From assembly GCF_009914755.1 (NCBI RefSeq), contig NC_060927.1: a DNA stretch of 64,000 bases. One strand, given 5' to 3'. The notes under the pieces are model-generated. The model was not told the DNA's origin. It saw only the letters and a list, made by a program, of their open reading frames with translations, and ran no database searches. Below, in pieces: positions 60,114 to 64,000 of the stretch; positions within the stretch are counted from its first letter, which is position 1, and the number at the start of each line of letters is the position of its first letter. The translations under genes and the position numbers were made by a program. The stretch comes from the human T2T-CHM13v2.0 reference genome, Homo sapiens.

Positions 60114-60947
60114 CCATGGTGTATATGTGCCACCTTTTCTTAATCCAGTCTATCATTGTTGGACATTTGGGTTGGTTCCAAGTCTTTGCTATTGTGAATA
60201 GTGCCGCAATAAACATAAGTGTGCATGTGTCTTTATAGCAGCATGATTTATAATCCTTTGGGTATATACCCAGTAATGGGATGGCTGGGTCAAATGGTAT
60301 TTCTAGTTCTAGATCCCTGAGGAATCTCCACACTGACTTCCACAATGGTTGAACTAGTTCACAGTCCCACCAACAGTGTAAAAGTGTTCTTATTTCTCCA
60401 CATCCTCTCCAGCACCTGTTGTTTCCTGACTTTTTAATGATTGCCATTCTAACTGGTGTGAGATGGTATCTCATAGTGGTTTTGATTTGCATTTCTCTGA
60501 TGGCCAGTGATGGTGAGCATTTTTTCATGTGTTTCTTGGCTGCATAAATGTCTTCTTTTGAGAAGTGTCTGTTCAATACTATGCAGCCATAAAAAATGAT
60601 GAGTTCATGTCCTTTGTAGGGACATGGATGAAATTGGAAATCATCATTCTCAGTAAACTATCTCAAGGACAAAAAACCAAACACCACATGTTCTCACTCA
60701 CAGGTGGGAATTGAACAATGAGAACACATGGACACAGGAAGGGGAACATCACACTCTGGGGACTGTTGTGGGGTGGGGGGAGGAGGGAGGGATAGCATTA
60801 GGAGATATACCTAATGCTAAATGACGAGTTAATGGGTGCAGCACACCAGCATGGCACATGTATACATATGTAACTAACCTGCACATTGTGCACATGTACC
60901 CTAAAACTTAAAGTATAATAATAATGAAATAAAATTAAAAAAAAAAA
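60114..60947 (+). mobile_element. 5'-inverted, truncated L1PA (approx. PA3)
   Basis: 60114-60575 is antisense ORF2 C-terminus ([19 protein letters not shown]...CWRGCGE...HCWWDC); 60575-60947 is sense ORF2 end, 3' UTR and tail; TSD AGAAAAGTGCCTCACCTCC at 60097-60115 and 60948-60966. Confidence 0.96.
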
Positions 60948-61337
60948 AGAAAAGTGCCTCACCTCCCTGTGAGGCTTGATGAATATTGTGGCCAGTGAGT
61001 GGAAAATGATTCTTGTCGAATAGACAGAGTATTCCCACCCCAGGAATGGATTAATAGAAGACACAATTTGAGCACTTCTCAGAATTATCTAGTATGCCTG
61101 AGTAGAGACTCACATGGGTGGAATCTGTGTTGTCTCATCAGAGGGAATAAAAAGACAATGAGGTGGTAAATGTGAAAAAAGCAGCCTTTTAGAAAAACAT
61201 TATTTTCAAATACCTTTATAAATCATCTAATTTATCTTCACATAATATAAAGAAAAAACTAATAAAAATTTTCTTATTTCACTTTACATAATATGTTCTC
61301 CCATATTTAGGGATCATACAATTGTATTGTCTTCAAA

Positions 61338-61348
61338 ACACACACACA

Positions 61349-61391
<43 letters not shown>
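61338..61391. repeat. (CA)n microsatellite, ~26 units with one interruption
   Basis: Seen directly. Confidence 0.97.
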
Positions 61392-61393
<2 letters not shown>

Positions 61394-62743
61394 CTTCCAA
61401 GAAAGCTGATCCTTCAGAAAATAAATCTTATTTTTAAGCACTTGGGTTTTCAGGCCAGAAAATTAATAAATCCTAAACCTGACCCATTTTTGTAACAGCT
61501 AAAAAGGAGAAGAAAAAGCTAGTTAAATTTTGTGTGGATCCATTTATCTCTTAAAATATGCCAAAGCAATTTGAGGTGGGGGTGGAAACAGGTATTTATC
61601 TCTCATGCGTGATTCTCTCTTTATATTTCTATCTGTTGGGAAAAGGGTAAAGAACTATTCTTGGTCATTATTGATGTATTGTGTTGCCACTTTGTATGGT
61701 GCCTGCTGTGCTTTATCCCGAGGCATAGCAGTAATCGTTACTATCTTGACTCTTTCCTTCATCACAAGAGAGTAAATATGAAGTCTGAATGTCGTTCCTC
61801 ACCCCCAAATTGTTTAACTCTGCTTCCAAACTAGTTTAAGAAATGCAAAATGGGAAGAGCTAGCTTTTCTTAGATACATTTCTTCCTTTTTTATTCTTTC
61901 TTGGGAGACGTTAAGTATAAAAGGGAAAAAGTCAGTTCCTTCTTCTCTCTCTTTCTCTTTGGGTGACAGCAATGCTCACTTAGTAATTATAAACTGGAAA
62001 TAGGAGAGTAGCTTGAGCAGGTTATGATATATCTGCCCAATGTGTTTCATTCCTTCAAACATAAACTTTGAGAGTAAAAGAGATTTTTATAATTTAAATG
62101 CCAACGACAGGAATGGCCTCATGTTTTAACTTTCAAATAATAAATGGGGAGTTGGTATTTGGGCAGAGTTTGCATTTTACTAATCCTATATACTTTGAGC
62201 TTAGTTTTTAGAATTGTGTCAAATACATCAACATATCAGGATTATAGTGCCAAAAATAGTTAGAGTGCCTTGGTCCTCCCTCTGTAGGCAGCAAATTGAA
62301 ACTAACATGGGACCATGCCATCCTTCTAGCATAATGGAGAAGTCTGAACTGAGGAGTATCTTTGATGAAAGACATTTAGGACCCTAGAAACTAAATCTTG
62401 TCACCAAGACTTTATAGTAAAGTAGTAGCAAAATTATTTTTAAAAGACTTTCTTCCTTTTACTACCCATTTCCTCTCTTGGGAAAGCTGATGAGCAAATT
62501 ATCCAAGACTCATTTCTTTATTAGGCAAAGTCAGAATATTTCCCCTCTGAAAATCTGAATTATGCCCTCATTCTTTTTCAAGAAATATCTCAAAGAGCAA
62601 ATAGAATTAAACATGACACTTGATTGTCTGATTATTTGGCATGTATAAAATTATCATGTGGCTTAATGTGCCTTAAGTGAAAATTTAAACTTAGACCTGA
62701 AACCTTTACAGTTGGATGTAGCGTTGAGCTTTTGCATGTTTTC

Positions 62744-62783
62744 TGTATAATAAACCACTTTTGTTTTGTTTGTTTTGTCTTTT
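62744..62783 (+). terminator. Candidate distal polyadenylation signal
   Basis: TGTA (62744-62747), AATAAA (62749-62754), then a strong TTTTGTTTTGTTTGTTTTGTC tract. Confidence 0.5.
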
Positions 62784-64000
62784 AACCTACACCTTTATCA
62801 TTACTCTAACAGATTTAGGGCTTCTCTTTCTCTACAGCTAAGTAAGGGAATATGTGCAATTATGAGACATACAAAAAAGGAAAGGGAAAGGACTTTCTAA
62901 GTAGCAAATCTGTGCCATGAAGTAGATGTGGCGTGAAGATACAGAGCCTGAGGATAGTAATTTTCCCTGAGCCACGCACACAGGCTTTTATTTCATGCCT
63001 TTTCTCTTTCTGTGCCGTCACCTTTGAGAAAAACGATTGCACCTTCTCCAAGTCTGCCTTTTTAACAGCTACAGTTAAGTTGGCAAGACTTCCCCAGCTC
63101 TGAATATAGCCATTTGCCGACTCCGGCCTCTTTGCGAGACTGACTCAAATCTGTGATCTTCTGTTCAGCATACACATCAGCAAAGTGAGAAGATGAGCAC
63201 TAAATATAGGCTCTATTAACTTTACTTTTAGATTTACTGCCTTCAAAAAGTGCCTATTCTGAGCAACATAAACGTTATTCCTTACATATGTATGTACACA
63301 CGGTACCCAGAGTCGTACTGTGCAGCCTTCAAAAACATACCATCAGAAAGAGTAGGTGCTGAGATAAGGAAACTTTGCCAAATGAAAGAAAGTCACTCAC
63401 TTCCAATATCCCCTCTCAAGCGGCTACCGTGAAACGGGCTGCAAACACATTCCCTGAGCATCCCTTGCTGATACAGCTTCTTTATATTTATATCCTACTG
63501 GATGGTAGCATATTGCTAAGGTTTCCTGTACTCTGCTTCAAGGGAATGTAAGCTTTATGGCATTGAAACATTTAGGAAAAAAAAAGATGTTTAAGAGAAT
63601 TAATAGAGCCGTAGTCTGTATTAGGATGTGTGTCATATGTGTGTTCTATAAACTAAGCATCGGTGGGTTTAGAGTGTTAAAGTGTCAGCACATTCCTTCT
63701 CCTTTTGTCTCTCAGGCTAACATGAGAGAAAATAGAAAAGTCTTGGCTGTGGGGATTGGAAGCTCAGGGGGCCAAATGTCCTTGCCAGATCCTTAGAGCA
63801 TTACTTTGACTCCTAAAAATAGTAGTGTATGTTATTTGATGGCTTTTGTTTCCATAGTTCCATCACTGACAAAACTGTCAATACTGTTGATGGAGCAGCA
63901 GCATAGCCTAGAGTGATGCATTCTTACCCAGAGGTGGCAATAGGAGAGGGTCCATGTAAATAGGACGAGGTAGACAGTGCATGATTGTAGGAGAAGGGTT

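Noticed and set aside
60088-60576. 162-aa minus-strand ORF
   Set aside because: It is the inverted L1 ORF2 C-terminal fragment, with no ATG start or promoter; not a gene.
63557-63796. 79-aa ATG-initiated ORF in the distal UTR
   Set aside because: No domain or homology recognised; length within chance expectation.

Overview
Primate (almost certainly human) genomic DNA, not microbial. It holds the 3' end of LPP (LIM domain-containing preferred translocation partner in lipoma, zyxin family) on the + strand. Bases 1-40779 are the distal part of one very large intron. Three coding exons follow (40780-40958, 47223-47343, 48931-49059), encoding LIM2, LIM3 and the C-terminal PDZ-binding motif -STDL. 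The remaining ~15 kb is consistent with LPP's unusually long 3' UTR. The rest is interspersed repeat: 21 Alu-family elements, L1 fragments, MaLR LTRs, MER DNA transposons, CR1 and MIR/L2. Nearly all ORFs in the supplied track are Alu/L1 translations or noise. I found no evidence of a new gene system. The most notable structures are an alternating-orientation Alu block in the 3' UTR bracketed by candidate poly(A) signals, a clean twin-primed (5'-inverted) L1 insertion in the UTR, an internally duplicated Alu, a four-element nested repeat, a 20-bp intronic hairpin, and a CpG-rich patch over the penultimate exon. Repeat subfamily calls were made by eye and are provisional.
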